A DNA stretch of 64,000 bases from assembly GCA_048938105.1 (NCBI GenBank), contig JBHLMN010000023.1:40254-104253 (forward strand). Reading direction: 5' to 3'. The DNA comes from Promethearchaeota archaeon (GTDB lineage: Archaea; Asgardarchaeota; Heimdallarchaeia; Hodarchaeales; Hodarchaeaceae). Shown here one piece after another: positions 1 through 9,969 of this stretch. How positions within the stretch are numbered: position 1 is the stretch's first letter; every line of letters begins with the position of its first letter. A model generated the notes under the pieces. It was not told the origin of the DNA. It saw nothing but the letters and a program-made list of their open reading frames with translations, and searched no databases. The position numbers were made by a program, and so were the translations under genes.

Positions 1-190
1 AATGGGAAAAAAATTCTTAAAATTAAAGAAAATACTCAGTGTAGGTACATTATTTTCATGTTCATTTATAAACTATTTAAACCAAAGTATTTAAACTTTT
101 GAGAAAACACTAGAGAATGTCTAATTACTCTCCATTCTTCTCATTATATCCAATTTGTGGTCTTATGATTAATTTATTTTGGTGAGGTTC

Positions 191-787
191 GTGTCTAACG
201 ATTCAGAAAGAGATGACCTCTTTGCAGAGGTACAAAATGTAGTTGCTTCAGTTGATTTACGATGTAAGATCAAATTAGAAAAAGCAGCTAGCCGTTTACC
301 TGGTGATGTTCAGGTGTCCTATATCCCCGAACAATTTCCAGGTGTTGTTGTAAAGATCAAGAAACCAAAGGTTTCGATATTAGTTTTTTCCTCAGGTAAA
401 TTGGTTGTCACAGGAGCAAAATCAGTCCCTATGATTGAAGAAGCGGTTGAAGTAATTTCAGAATTGTTAAGACAAGCTGGCCATAATGTTAAACACGAGG
501 CTACCATCACTGTACAGAATATTGTTGCATCGGGAACCTTGGGAAAACGAATCAATTTAGAACTCGCTGCTTTATTATTAGAACATTCTATGTATGAACC
601 CGAGCAATTTCCTGGCCTGATCTATCGAATGCAGGATCCTAAGGTTGTACTTCTTCTTTTTCAATCTGGAAAACTAGTTTGTACTGGCGCAAAAAAGGAA
701 GAGTACGTATATCAGTCAATTCAGAAGATCTATGGGATTCTCGAAGAGATTGACGCGTTTGAGGTCAGTGGGATGCAGTTTTCGTGA
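191..787 (+). CDS. tbp: TATA-box binding protein
   Basis: Two TBP repeats (QNVVAS...YIPEQFPG...IFSSGKLVVTGAKS / QNIVAS...YEPEQFPGLIYR...FQSGKLVCTGAK); GGTGAGG RBS before GTG at 191 (ORF track starts 179). Confidence 0.97.
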   Translation: MSNDSERDDLFAEVQNVVASVDLRCKIKLEKAASRLPGDVQVSYIPEQFPGVVVKIKKPKVSILVFSSGKLVVTGAKSVPMIEEAVEVISELLRQAGHNVKHEATITVQNIVASGTLGKRINLELAALLLEHSMYEPEQFPGLIYRMQDPKVVLLLFQSGKLVCTGAKKEEYVYQSIQKIYGILEEIDAFEVSGMQFS

Positions 788-2303
788 TAGAATCTTTTTG
801 AATAAAGTCAAAACTTTCCTTCAAGGCGATAGGTATCTGACGAAGGAGATTAGAAAGATTAAAATCTCTTTCCGCAAGTTCTCCTGCTCTTCCATTAATA
901 TATGCACCAATGCAAGCAGCATGAAAAGGCATTTCTACTTGCGTAATAAATCCAGCAATCAAACCTGCTAATATATCTCCCGTTCCTCCTCGTGTCATCC
1001 GAGGTGTACCACTTTTATTTATCTTCATATAGCCTGAACTATCAGTAACAATATCCCAGTGCCCTTTTATTACCCACACGTTGGAATATTGAGCTGAGAC
1101 ATCTTGTACCAACTGATATCGTTTAATGAACTCATGGGGACTACCAGGAAGTGATATATCTGTTAATACAGAAAATTCTCCAGCATGAGGCGTCAAGATA
1201 GTTTTTGAAGTAACATCCACTATGTCTAGAAGTTTGAGGGCATCTGCATCAATAACAATATGTTTATCAAATTTTTTTACTAAATTTAAAACTTTTGAAA
1301 CAGCTTTTTGTGTATCAGAGTGCTGTCCTAGTCCTGGCCCAAGAACAATGACGTCACTTTGCTTAATTAAGTCTATTGAAAGTACTTCTTCAGTTAAATG
1401 AGTAGAAGCATAATCATACACAATAAACTCAGGTGAATAAGATCGAATAGCTGAACTGACTTTCTGAGGTGTTAAAATTGATACTAAATCGACCCCTGAT
1501 TGAACAGCACCCATAGCAGCAAGCGCAGGAGCACCAGAATACGTCTCATTTCCTCCAATGATTAATATTCTTCCATTATCTCCTTTTTTTGACCACGAAG
1601 AACGGGATCTAAGGGCTAACAAGTCACCTGGGCCAATAATTCTTTCAGCTTCGGGAGGTACCCCGATAGGGATGATTCTTATCTTCCCAGCATTTTTTGA
1701 TGAGAGTCCTTGCTTTTGTTTGTGAAATATTCCAGTCCATTGTGGTGATAAAAACACATTAGCCTTTTCCCCTGTGTTAGGGTCAATCCCTGTAGGTGTA
1801 TCCGCGCTTATAATAATAGCTCCCTTTTCCTGCCATTTAGTAATTGACTGTACTAGTGTTGCAAGTGGCTCCCGCAAACTACCTCTTATCCCAGTCCCAA
1901 GTATTGAATCCACGATGAGTGTTGTTGATTTAATTTCAATTTTCTCAATGTCTTCTACTTGTTTTAACTCAAGAAGTTTGATAGATTCCGACATATTCTG
2001 TAGAATTTTCCAATTTTGAAATGTTGATCGCTTTGTAATATCTTTTTGGATCCCTACTAAATATAATCGAATTGGTACATTTCGGGAAAGATGTCGTGCT
2101 GCAACCATTCCATCGCCGCCATTTCCGCCTTTTCCAGCGAATATTACAATGTCAGATCTATTAGTTGTGTTATATACCTCCCAAATTAATTCCCCTAGCC
2201 CTCTTCCTGCGTTCTCCATCAAAATAATCCGATTTACTCCAAGATATTCGGAGTTTACATCTGCAATACTCATTTCGAGCGTGGAAATCATCTCTGAATT
2301 CAC
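765..2303 (-). CDS. nnr: Bifunctional NAD(P)H-hydrate epimerase/dehydratase (YjeF N+C)
   Basis: LMENAG, GKGGNGGDG, DTPTG in N domain; KGDNGRILIIGG, YSGAP, GPGLG, DADAL, LTPHAGEF, GGTGDILAG in C domain. Confidence 0.95.
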   Translation of the reverse strand: MNSEMISTLEMSIADVNSEYLGVNRIILMENAGRGLGELIWEVYNTTNRSDIVIFAGKGGNGGDGMVAARHLSRNVPIRLYLVGIQKDITKRSTFQNWKILQNMSESIKLLELKQVEDIEKIEIKSTTLIVDSILGTGIRGSLREPLATLVQSITKWQEKGAIIISADTPTGIDPNTGEKANVFLSPQWTGIFHKQKQGLSSKNAGKIRIIPIGVPPEAERIIGPGDLLALRSRSSWSKKGDNGRILIIGGNETYSGAPALAAMGAVQSGVDLVSILTPQKVSSAIRSYSPEFIVYDYASTHLTEEVLSIDLIKQSDVIVLGPGLGQHSDTQKAVSKVLNLVKKFDKHIVIDADALKLLDIVDVTSKTILTPHAGEFSVLTDISLPGSPHEFIKRYQLVQDVSAQYSNVWVIKGHWDIVTDSSGYMKINKSGTPRMTRGGTGDILAGLIAGFITQVEMPFHAACIGAYINGRAGELAERDFNLSNLLRQIPIALKESFDFIQKDSITKTASH

Positions 2304-2368
2304 TTTAAATCACCAGAGAGAATAAAATGAAGGATAATAAAGATCGATTAGACTGTTACTAATTCTTT

Positions 2369-3904
2369 ATGAAAAATTTTGCTACCAATAAATTTTCAAA
2401 GTCCTCAAAACAGTACAAAGCATCAAAGGATAGATGTGATTTGGACTATCTATTTCTATTCATCCTAATCGTTAACATCATTTCAGGAATTCTTCTTCTT
2501 CCTTATCCAATCAATCTCTTTCTACTTGCGATTTCTTCACGTAAATGGAAAGATCCTCGAGTTCAAGAGTATTATAAGGAATTTGAGTATCCTAGTGTCA
2601 CAATTCAACTACCTATATTCAATGAGTCTAGGGTCATTCAACATACTCTTTCTACTATTACCAAGCTAGTATATCCTCGGGAGAAATTACACATCCAGAT
2701 TCTTGATGATTCTACTGACCAAACATCAGTAATTATAGAAAAAGAGGTTTTATCTCTTGAAAAGGAAGGAATTATCTGCGAAATAATTCGTAGGAATAAT
2801 AGAGAAGGGTATAAAGCTGGAGCACTAGCAAATGGACTAAAACATGGAGTATCCGAGTTTGTGGCAATATTTGATGCTGATTTTATCGTTAATCCTCATT
2901 TTTTGGAACGATGTGTTCACTATTTCAAAAATAATGATCAAATTGGCGCAGTTCAAACCAGATGGGCTCATTCCAATCTTCATTATTCATTTTTTACTCG
3001 TTCTATGTCAATTGGGCTCGATGGACATTTTCTTGTGGAAAAGACTGGAAGAAAGAAGAGAAATGCCTTCATTACTTTTAATGGTACAGGTGGAATATGG
3101 CGACGCTCAGCAATAGAAGAAAGTGGAGGGTGGTCTTCAACAACACTTGCAGAAGATTTGGACTTAGCTTATCGTACTCAGGCGAATGGGTATGAAATTG
3201 TTTATTTGAGGGATGTGACAAACTTACAAGAAATTCCTCCTACTCTAAGATGTTGGATTATCCAACAAAGTAGATGGTCAAAAGGATTTTCTCAAAACTT
3301 TAGGAAAAATTTTGTTCTATTTTGGAGGAATTCATACGGAAAATCACGTATTCAAGGTACAATTCATTTCACTCAATATTTCGTACCAGTATTGATCTTA
3401 ATTAATACTAGTACAGGTTCACTATTACTGTATTTTTCGCAGTTCGAAGGTGGTATGTTTTTTATTTTTGGTATATTGTTTTCTATTGCATCCATATTAG
3501 GAATACTTGCATATATATTTGCTATTTTGCGAGCAAAAAGACCTATAGCAAATATTATATTGATTCCACTATTCTTGTTTTGGGGAGCTGGGTTAGTAGT
3601 TAGGATGGGATTAGGTGCCCTTAATGGACTATGGAGAAAGGGAGGAGAATTTATTAAAACACCCAAGTTCGGTTTATCAGATAATTACAAAAGTAAGAGC
3701 GTTAATATTCGTGAAAAAATTCCCTTAGATAAAATATTTATTGCTGAGATAATATACATAGGGATTTTAAGCCTGGGAATAATAAAAGCCCTTGAATTAG
3801 GAGTCTCATACCTATCACAAGCGGTATTTTATATTTTTCTTCTTCTCAGTATGATTAATTTAGTCATATCTGAACTCTTACACGCAATAAGCACTCAAAA
3901 ATAG
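2369..3904 (+). CDS. Cellulose-synthase-like processive GT2 glycosyltransferase (membrane)
   Basis: QLPIFNE, DDSTD, GYKAGAL, FDADF, LAEDLD, QQSRW motifs and C-terminal TM helices; true start may be TTG at 2441. Confidence 0.9.
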   Translation: MKNFATNKFSKSSKQYKASKDRCDLDYLFLFILIVNIISGILLLPYPINLFLLAISSRKWKDPRVQEYYKEFEYPSVTIQLPIFNESRVIQHTLSTITKLVYPREKLHIQILDDSTDQTSVIIEKEVLSLEKEGIICEIIRRNNREGYKAGALANGLKHGVSEFVAIFDADFIVNPHFLERCVHYFKNNDQIGAVQTRWAHSNLHYSFFTRSMSIGLDGHFLVEKTGRKKRNAFITFNGTGGIWRRSAIEESGGWSSTTLAEDLDLAYRTQANGYEIVYLRDVTNLQEIPPTLRCWIIQQSRWSKGFSQNFRKNFVLFWRNSYGKSRIQGTIHFTQYFVPVLILINTSTGSLLLYFSQFEGGMFFIFGILFSIASILGILAYIFAILRAKRPIANIILIPLFLFWGAGLVVRMGLGALNGLWRKGGEFIKTPKFGLSDNYKSKSVNIREKIPLDKIFIAEIIYIGILSLGIIKALELGVSYLSQAVFYIFLLLSMINLVISELLHAISTQK

Positions 3905-3906
3905 TA

Positions 3907-4314
3907 TTAACGTAGTTTTACACATCCATGTTTCTCTGGTAATCTGTGTTCTGTGCAAAAATATCCGTCACAATAACTACAAGTGAATCCCATTAGTTCC
4001 CTTTTTCCACAATATTCACAAGATCCTCTCGTTATAGTTTTTTTTACTTTTTTAGGAGGAGGGATGATAGTAGGCCTGAAAGATGGAGAAGTGTAATATT
4101 GATTATAGGGGTAATGTCTGATTGGTCCCTTCATAGGTTGAAGAATAAAGATATAGATGATTATTAAAGAAAATGCAACTGTTGTTCCACCTAAGAAGAG
4201 TGTATATGACATCAAATTCGATGAAAAAAATAGTGTCTCTAAAACAATTAGAATAACAGAAATTAATCCTAATATCAGAGCTATTTGCTCTTGTTGTGTA
4301 AGCTTATACAACAA
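3907..4314 (-). CDS. Membrane-anchored AN1-type zinc-finger protein
   Basis: Two N-terminal TMs; C-terminal CEYC...FTCSYCDGYFCTEHRLPEKHGC AN1 signature. Confidence 0.88.
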   Translation of the reverse strand: MLYKLTQQEQIALILGLISVILIVLETLFFSSNLMSYTLFLGGTTVAFSLIIIYIFILQPMKGPIRHYPYNQYYTSPSFRPTIIPPPKKVKKTITRGSCEYCGKRELMGFTCSYCDGYFCTEHRLPEKHGCVKLR

Positions 4315-4906
4315 TTATCCCTCCTAGGATTCCTAATGGGTGAAATAGCCATAATACTAAAACTAAGGAAAAAATTAAGGCAAAAATTGCCTGACTCCAT
4401 CTGAGAACCTTTGCACCATCCAGTACAGAGAATGGTAACATATTAAACAAAGCTAGATCAAGAGAGGCCTTACTTGCATATAAAAGAACGTCTATAGCCC
4501 AATCTAGCGGCATAAAAGATGAAAAAAGTAAAAAAAGACCTCCAATGAGAATGTTTGTCAGGGGTCCTGCTATTGAAATACGACCTGATGTATCTAACCG
4601 ATATTCACCAGAAGAAAAAACAACTCCTGGGGCAATGATCTTTATTGGTATTATCGGTATTATCGAAAGTAAAGAAATTAGAGCCATATTTGGGTCAAGC
4701 CGAAAGAACGAGGTTAATCCATTACCTTGAGCTACGAATTTGTGTGCTAATTCATGAAAAAACCAAAGAGGGATGATGAGTATGCCTAGAATTAATAGTT
4801 CTAAAGGTGTTTTGAAATAATATATTGCAATAGATAATTCGACTAGAACAAATATCGTTGTTCCAATTAATAAATCTCGTTTTTCGGTTGATGTGAATGA
4901 ATACAT
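4304..4906 (-). CDS. Site-2 (M50) intramembrane metalloprotease
   Basis: HELAH zinc motif, AGPLTN, FNMLPFSVLDG, multiple TMs. Confidence 0.92.
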   Translation of the reverse strand: MYSFTSTEKRDLLIGTTIFVLVELSIAIYYFKTPLELLILGILIIPLWFFHELAHKFVAQGNGLTSFFRLDPNMALISLLSIIPIIPIKIIAPGVVFSSGEYRLDTSGRISIAGPLTNILIGGLFLLFSSFMPLDWAIDVLLYASKASLDLALFNMLPFSVLDGAKVLRWSQAIFALIFSLVLVLWLFHPLGILGGIIVV

Positions 4907-4927
4907 TCTAATTAGCTACCTCTCTCC

Positions 4928-5122
4928 TCACTTCTCACTAATTTGGTTGACTAATTTTTCCCAAGTACCGATTTCCTGTTTCAGGAGTTCTTCAATAGCG
5001 ATTCTTAGAAAATGAGACCGAGACTCATACTGTTCGAGTCGCACAAAATTATCGATTAATATCAATATTTGGTCTGGAATTTTGATACTTATGGGTTTCT
5101 GACGTGTCATTGATGTTTTCAC
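4928..5122 (-). CDS. Ribbon-helix-helix (CopG/NikR-like) regulator
   Basis: ISIKIP strand followed by IDNFV...YESRSHFLRIAIEELL. Confidence 0.85.
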   Translation of the reverse strand: MKTSMTRQKPISIKIPDQILILIDNFVRLEQYESRSHFLRIAIEELLKQEIGTWEKLVNQISEK

Positions 5123-5400
5123 CCATTTTTTTTAGTTTAAAACCAGTTTCATTATTTCTTGAACTAATTCTATATTTTTTTAAATGGTTTCTCTGAGCTA
5201 TCAACTTCTTTTATTTCCTTAGAAATGGCGAATTTGCATGTCTAGTATTTTCTAAAGGAGATAAAAGGAAGTGATACAAAAAAGTAACCGTTCTTACTTC
5301 CTTTCTTAATAAAAACACGAAAGAATCAATCAGTTATTAAAAAAGAAACAGTTTTATGTTTTGATCAGCTTGCTTAATTCTTAGAATCAGGTGTTCTAAA

Positions 5401-6675
5401 TTGAAATGTGTTTTATTAGTGGCAACTGGTATTCTCATTGGGGAAAAAATCGATAGCACTTCTAAAATTATTGATTCTATATGGTTTGATGAGGAAACTG
5501 CCATAACTAATGGAGAATTAAAGGATTTCATCGAACAAAAGGGAGATGAAATCGTTGAACTTCTTGATCAAACCCAAGAAGAAATTATTTCCGATAACTC
5601 GCAGATTGTAGACTTTTTACGGCAGAGAGGTTTTGAGAATGCCAGATTCGCTATTTCAGGGGAATTAATCTCTTTTCGTGCTTTAATATCTGATTTTATT
5701 AGTAATAGTAGGAAGATGGAGACTTCTATAGCGATATCTCAACTTATTCGAGAAAGAGCAATGCAACGAACACGCATGCTTTTGAGGGAGAAAGTAGAAG
5801 CGCGAGATGTTTATATTGCGCAAGCGATCAAGAGTATTGATGATGTGAATTCCATTCTAAACTTGATTTATGCCCGATTATCCGAATGGTATGGAATCCA
5901 TTTTCCTGAATTACAGGAGTTAGTTCGAGACAATCCTCAATATATTAAACTAATTTCTAGAACAGGTGGTGCTATTCGCTCCAATCTAGATGATGATTTG
6001 TTATCTCACCTGTCTGATAAACGACGTGAACTCATTTTGCAGGCAGCAAACCAATCCCTTGGTACTGATATCTCACCATATGATATGAATCCTATCTCCC
6101 AGTTGGCACGTTTTGGGGTTGAGATTCTTAAAATAAAAGATAATTTAGAGACATATATAGAGGAAAGTATGAAAGAAGTTGCCCCAAATATTCAATGTCT
6201 TGTAGGAAGCCTTCTTGGAGCACGATTAATAGCTCTTGCTGGGAGCCTCGAAGACTTAGCTAAACGTTCCTCTGGGACAATTCAGGTTTTAGGGGCGGAA
6301 AAAGCATTATTTCGACACCTTCGATCAGGAGAGGATCCACCAAAACATGGAGTTATTTTTCAGTCTTCTTACATTCATTCATCTAAAAAACATCAACGAG
6401 GGAAGATTGCACGAGCACTAGCTGGTAAATTAACCATTGCTGCTAGAGTCGATTATTTTAGTGGAGAATTTATTGGAGCTACTCTCTTAGCAGATTTGGA
6501 AAAAAAAGTTGAAGATATTAAATCTTCATTCCCAGAGCTATCAGAACAGCAGTTAGAACAAAAACGTCTTCAAAAAGAGAGAAAGCGTAAAAAAACATTT
6601 AAGAAAGGAAAAAAAGATTTTAAAGGCCGAAGGAAGCCCAAAAGTCAAAGAAAGATAGAAAAGAGAAAAGAATAA
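5401..6675 (+). CDS. nop5: C/D box sRNP protein Nop5 (Nop56/58)
   Basis: EWYGIHFPEL, APNI..LVGSLLGARLI, IQVLGAEKALFRHL, PPKHGVIFQ, Lys-rich tail. Confidence 0.97.
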   Translation: MKCVLLVATGILIGEKIDSTSKIIDSIWFDEETAITNGELKDFIEQKGDEIVELLDQTQEEIISDNSQIVDFLRQRGFENARFAISGELISFRALISDFISNSRKMETSIAISQLIRERAMQRTRMLLREKVEARDVYIAQAIKSIDDVNSILNLIYARLSEWYGIHFPELQELVRDNPQYIKLISRTGGAIRSNLDDDLLSHLSDKRRELILQAANQSLGTDISPYDMNPISQLARFGVEILKIKDNLETYIEESMKEVAPNIQCLVGSLLGARLIALAGSLEDLAKRSSGTIQVLGAEKALFRHLRSGEDPPKHGVIFQSSYIHSSKKHQRGKIARALAGKLTIAARVDYFSGEFIGATLLADLEKKVEDIKSSFPELSEQQLEQKRLQKERKRKKTFKKGKKDFKGRRKPKSQRKIEKRKE

Positions 6676-6682
6676 GCAATTA

Positions 6683-7378
6683 GTGAGAGAGAAAGGAATG
6701 GAACTCGCAAAAACCAGCATAAAAGGGATGTTTCAAGTAAAAATTAATGGAAAATCCCGATTAGTAACACGTAACAAAATACCAGGTAATTCTGTTTATG
6801 GTGAACAATTACTCTCTATCAATGATAAAGAGTATCGTGTTTGGGATCCCTATCGGTCAAAATTTGCAGCTGCCTTTTTATCAGGGATGAAGAAACTCCC
6901 ACAGATCTACGAAAAAAGGATCTTATATCTAGGAGTATCAACTGGAACAACTGCTTCTCATTTTTCCGACATCTTGGATAATGGGATATTATTTGGAATT
7001 GAATTTTCACCCAAGGTAATGAGAAGATTCTTTCGTTTATCGGAACAAAGACCCAATCTAATTCCGATCCTTGCTGATGCTAGACGGCCAGAAGAATACT
7101 CTCCATTTGTTTATGAAGTAGACTTGATCTATCAGGATATAGCGCAGCCAGATCAAGCAACAATATTTGGTCGTAATGCTCTAGAATTTTTAAAATCTGG
7201 AGGACTAGGTTTCTTAGCGATCAAGTCTCAAAGTATTGATGTCGTTCTCAAGCCTGATGAAATATTTTCCATGCAGATAACTAAATTAGAACAAGAATTT
7301 AAATTTGAAATTCAAGAATATCAATCTATCGATGATTTTGAGAAAAAACATGCTGTAATAATTATTAGAAAGCCGTAA
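6683..7378 (+). CDS. flpA: Fibrillarin rRNA 2'-O-methyltransferase
   Basis: VYGE, YRVWDPYRSK, LYLG..GTT.SH, DIAQPDQ; directly downstream of nop5. Confidence 0.97.
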   Translation: MREKGMELAKTSIKGMFQVKINGKSRLVTRNKIPGNSVYGEQLLSINDKEYRVWDPYRSKFAAAFLSGMKKLPQIYEKRILYLGVSTGTTASHFSDILDNGILFGIEFSPKVMRRFFRLSEQRPNLIPILADARRPEEYSPFVYEVDLIYQDIAQPDQATIFGRNALEFLKSGGLGFLAIKSQSIDVVLKPDEIFSMQITKLEQEFKFEIQEYQSIDDFEKKHAVIIIRKP

Positions 7379-7488
7379 GTAGAGTCTTAAGTAACAGTTT
7401 CTTAACTTTGATCGAAATTAAACCTCTACACAGAACTAATGGTGAAATTTGGATTATAAAGGAGAAAAGGAGCCCATTTAGGTATAAT

Positions 7489-7836
7489 TCACCCATAATC
7501 CCTCCAAGTGTGTCCACATCGCTTACAACGATAAAATGTTGTTTCAGCCTCATCAGCGCTTCGTGTTTGTAATTGCCAATAAACAGCTTCGTTGTTACTG
7601 CATTTTTCACAATTAACATTCGCTGTTGGCATTGTTTCAATGCCAAGGGGTTTTTCAATAATAACAGTTTTCTCTTGTTCAGAATGTGGTATCTTTTGTG
7701 TTATTTCAAAAGCTTTTGAATTTGAATCAGAACTGATAGTTTTCCCACATGCTGGACATCTCATCTGAATATTTCCATCAGATTGTCGGTCAGGAACTAG
7801 AAGTGCACCACATTCACAAAACTGCATGGTCATCAT
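7489..7836 (-). CDS. tfs: Transcription elongation factor TFS
   Basis: Two Zn ribbons; QTRSADE acidic hairpin, TTFYRCKRCGHTW. Confidence 0.95.
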   Translation of the reverse strand: MMTMQFCECGALLVPDRQSDGNIQMRCPACGKTISSDSNSKAFEITQKIPHSEQEKTVIIEKPLGIETMPTANVNCEKCSNNEAVYWQLQTRSADEAETTFYRCKRCGHTWRDYG

Positions 7837-8131
7837 CAGAATTACGCCGAGAGAACATATTAAGCTAAATTAAGGTGCTTTTTTAAAGTAGTTGGATCAT
7901 TAACTAAGTCTTTTAGACAAAATCATCCGTTGAAGTTCTAAGAGTTATCGGATTACTTAAAAAATGCCGGGATATAGTTCATAATGAAGGTATTTATCAA
8001 TTTTAATCGAAAGATGACCTTATCTTCAAAAAAAAAGCCAAATCAAGTCAGCAATGAGTGAATATCATTAGGATTAACATTGACATATCTTACACATTTT
8101 CCATGAAATAATACTAGACAGAGGATATGGT

Positions 8132-8440
8132 ATGAGAAGGAAGTCTTCAATACCTTATGAAGAAACCACTGTACTGTCTCTCTTAAGTCTAACCGCTGAT
8201 ATAAAGTTTCAGTTAATTGCTAAGGTTAAGAGTGTTGATCAAAAAAAGATTATAGTTACTGATGATCATGAAGACTTGGAAATACCTCTTGAGGAAGAAG
8301 AAATGATAGATTTCAAAGCTGGGGATACAATCACCATATTTGGAGAGAAATTAGATTCTAAGATCAAGAGAGAACACATCATTAAATTGAATTTAAATTG
8401 GGATCTCTATCAGCAAACTAGAGAAATAGAGTTAAAATAA
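8132..8440 (+). CDS. Small OB-fold protein, RPA3/RPA14-like
   Basis: N-terminal RR..P, OB strands (LIAKVKSVD, IIVTDD, GDTITIFG) and C-terminal helix WDLYQQTREIE as in archaeal RPA small subunits. Confidence 0.55.
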   Translation: MRRKSSIPYEETTVLSLLSLTADIKFQLIAKVKSVDQKKIIVTDDHEDLEIPLEEEEMIDFKAGDTITIFGEKLDSKIKREHIIKLNLNWDLYQQTREIELK

Positions 8441-8760
8441 TTGATATTACTCAATAAATCTTTTTTGAAAAATTCCTAAAGAATTTAACTGCTTCGCTGT
8501 TTCAATTCAATAGATATTAGTTATATGATTTCTTGATTAGAATGGATTTTATACTATTTCTAGTGGGTTTGTTTCTAAAAGGAGAGTATCTCTGCTTTTT
8601 CTGGTAAAAGATTTAAACCTAGTAAGGGGGTTCTAAATTGATTGTGTTTTGCCTAATCCCTGAACCTTAGGCAAGTAGAAAAGAATATTTTCTCAGTATT
8701 GTTACAATTTTCCTAAGTTGGGCTTGCAGCAATCATCCTAATTTATTGGAGGTATTTGAG

Positions 8761-9210
8761 TTGTCTATGATTGGAGCTGCTAAAAGAGCATATCAAAAAG
8801 AGATTATCTCATTTGTTAACAAGAGAGTAGCAGTCATTTTAAAAAACCAAAAGAAGTATGTGGGTGAATTGAAAGGAGTTAACCCTGAAACTCTTACATG
8901 TGTTCTAATAAAAGCAAAACGGGAAGATGAGACAACTGAACTTCATCGTATCTGTTTGAATGGTGATCAAATATCAGAAATATATTTAGAGGAAGCCCCC
9001 TTCGACCTCTTGGGATTGAAGGACGAATTAGAACAGATTTTTCGTCGTCCTGGAGATGTGAAGGTTTATGATGAAGCAGGATTAATAGTTGTACTTGAAA
9101 GAGTTCGAGTTTCAGAGAGTGGTGTGGAAGGAACAGGACCCGTAGCTGATCGTGTTCGTGCTATTTTCGATCGTTATGCTTTGACTCAGAGTGCAGAGGC
9201 AGAGGATTAA
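8761..9210 (+). CDS. Sm-like protein with C-terminal extension (SmAP3 type)
   Basis: Sm1 (VAVILKNQKKYVGELKGVN) and Sm2 (LNGDQISEI) plus C-terminal domain; GGAGGT RBS; upstream of rpo8. Confidence 0.85.
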   Translation: MSMIGAAKRAYQKEIISFVNKRVAVILKNQKKYVGELKGVNPETLTCVLIKAKREDETTELHRICLNGDQISEIYLEEAPFDLLGLKDELEQIFRRPGDVKVYDEAGLIVVLERVRVSESGVEGTGPVADRVRAIFDRYALTQSAEAED

Positions 9211-9220
9211 GGGATTATTT

Positions 9221-9583
9221 ATGATTATTCAAGCTGAAAGGATGCGAACTGAACATGATTCAGATAATGATCTGTTCTTAATTGATTTCCGTGATGAAGA
9301 TAAAGGATTGCGAGGAAAAATCGAAATCCCTTCTCGAATTGTTGATATGGAAGAGGAAAAATCTTTTGAAGTCGAAATTATTCCTCTCGATTCTATAAAA
9401 GATCCTTTAGATTATACAGATGCAAAAATAGTTTTTAATGCTGTAAATTTTCGAACGAAACCCCTGGGTACCGAGAGAATATACTCATTCTCTTCTGGTG
9501 GTCTAATACTACGATTATTTTCTGGAAAACCTTTACCAGAGTTTAAAACTGTCCTTAGAAAATTTGTAATAATCGTAAGATAG
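9221..9583 (+). CDS. rpo8: RNA polymerase subunit Rpo8 (RpoG/Rpb8)
   Basis: Rpb8 signature SSGGLILRL near the C-terminus, OB-fold size, SmAP3 synteny. Confidence 0.75.
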   Translation: MIIQAERMRTEHDSDNDLFLIDFRDEDKGLRGKIEIPSRIVDMEEEKSFEVEIIPLDSIKDPLDYTDAKIVFNAVNFRTKPLGTERIYSFSSGGLILRLFSGKPLPEFKTVLRKFVIIVR

Positions 9584-9666
9584 GATATGATGATTATTCA
9601 GAGTAACTCTCTATAGCCAAACCGAAATAAAAATAATAAATAATATAATAAAAAGCATCATCCAAA

Positions 9667-9751
9667 GCGGGGGTTTCCCAGCCAGGTCAAAGGAGCTAGG
9701 TTGAGGTCCTAGTCGCATAGGCGTTCGTGAGTTCAAATCTCACCCCCCGCA
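9667..9751 (+). tRNA. tRNA-Leu(GAG)
   Basis: GCGGGGG/CCCCCGC acceptor stem, CTAGG-TTGAGGT-CCTAG anticodon arm, long variable arm, GTGAG-TTCAAAT-CTCAC T arm, T-tract downstream. Confidence 0.96.
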
Positions 9752-9969
9752 CTTTTTATTTACGAAATTTTACATTGTTGTGATCAGAGAAATAAGAATT
9801 ACTCTAAAACTGGTTAAATCTTTTTTAAGATCAGTATTTGTTGAATTAGGAATTTAAATCATCTCAACAACGTAATTTATCATGCTAGAAACTGCGGAAT
9901 ATTGAATCAATAATCATTTTAATTCTAATATCGTACTTATTCAAATGACTTCTGGGCTGGCCGATAAAA

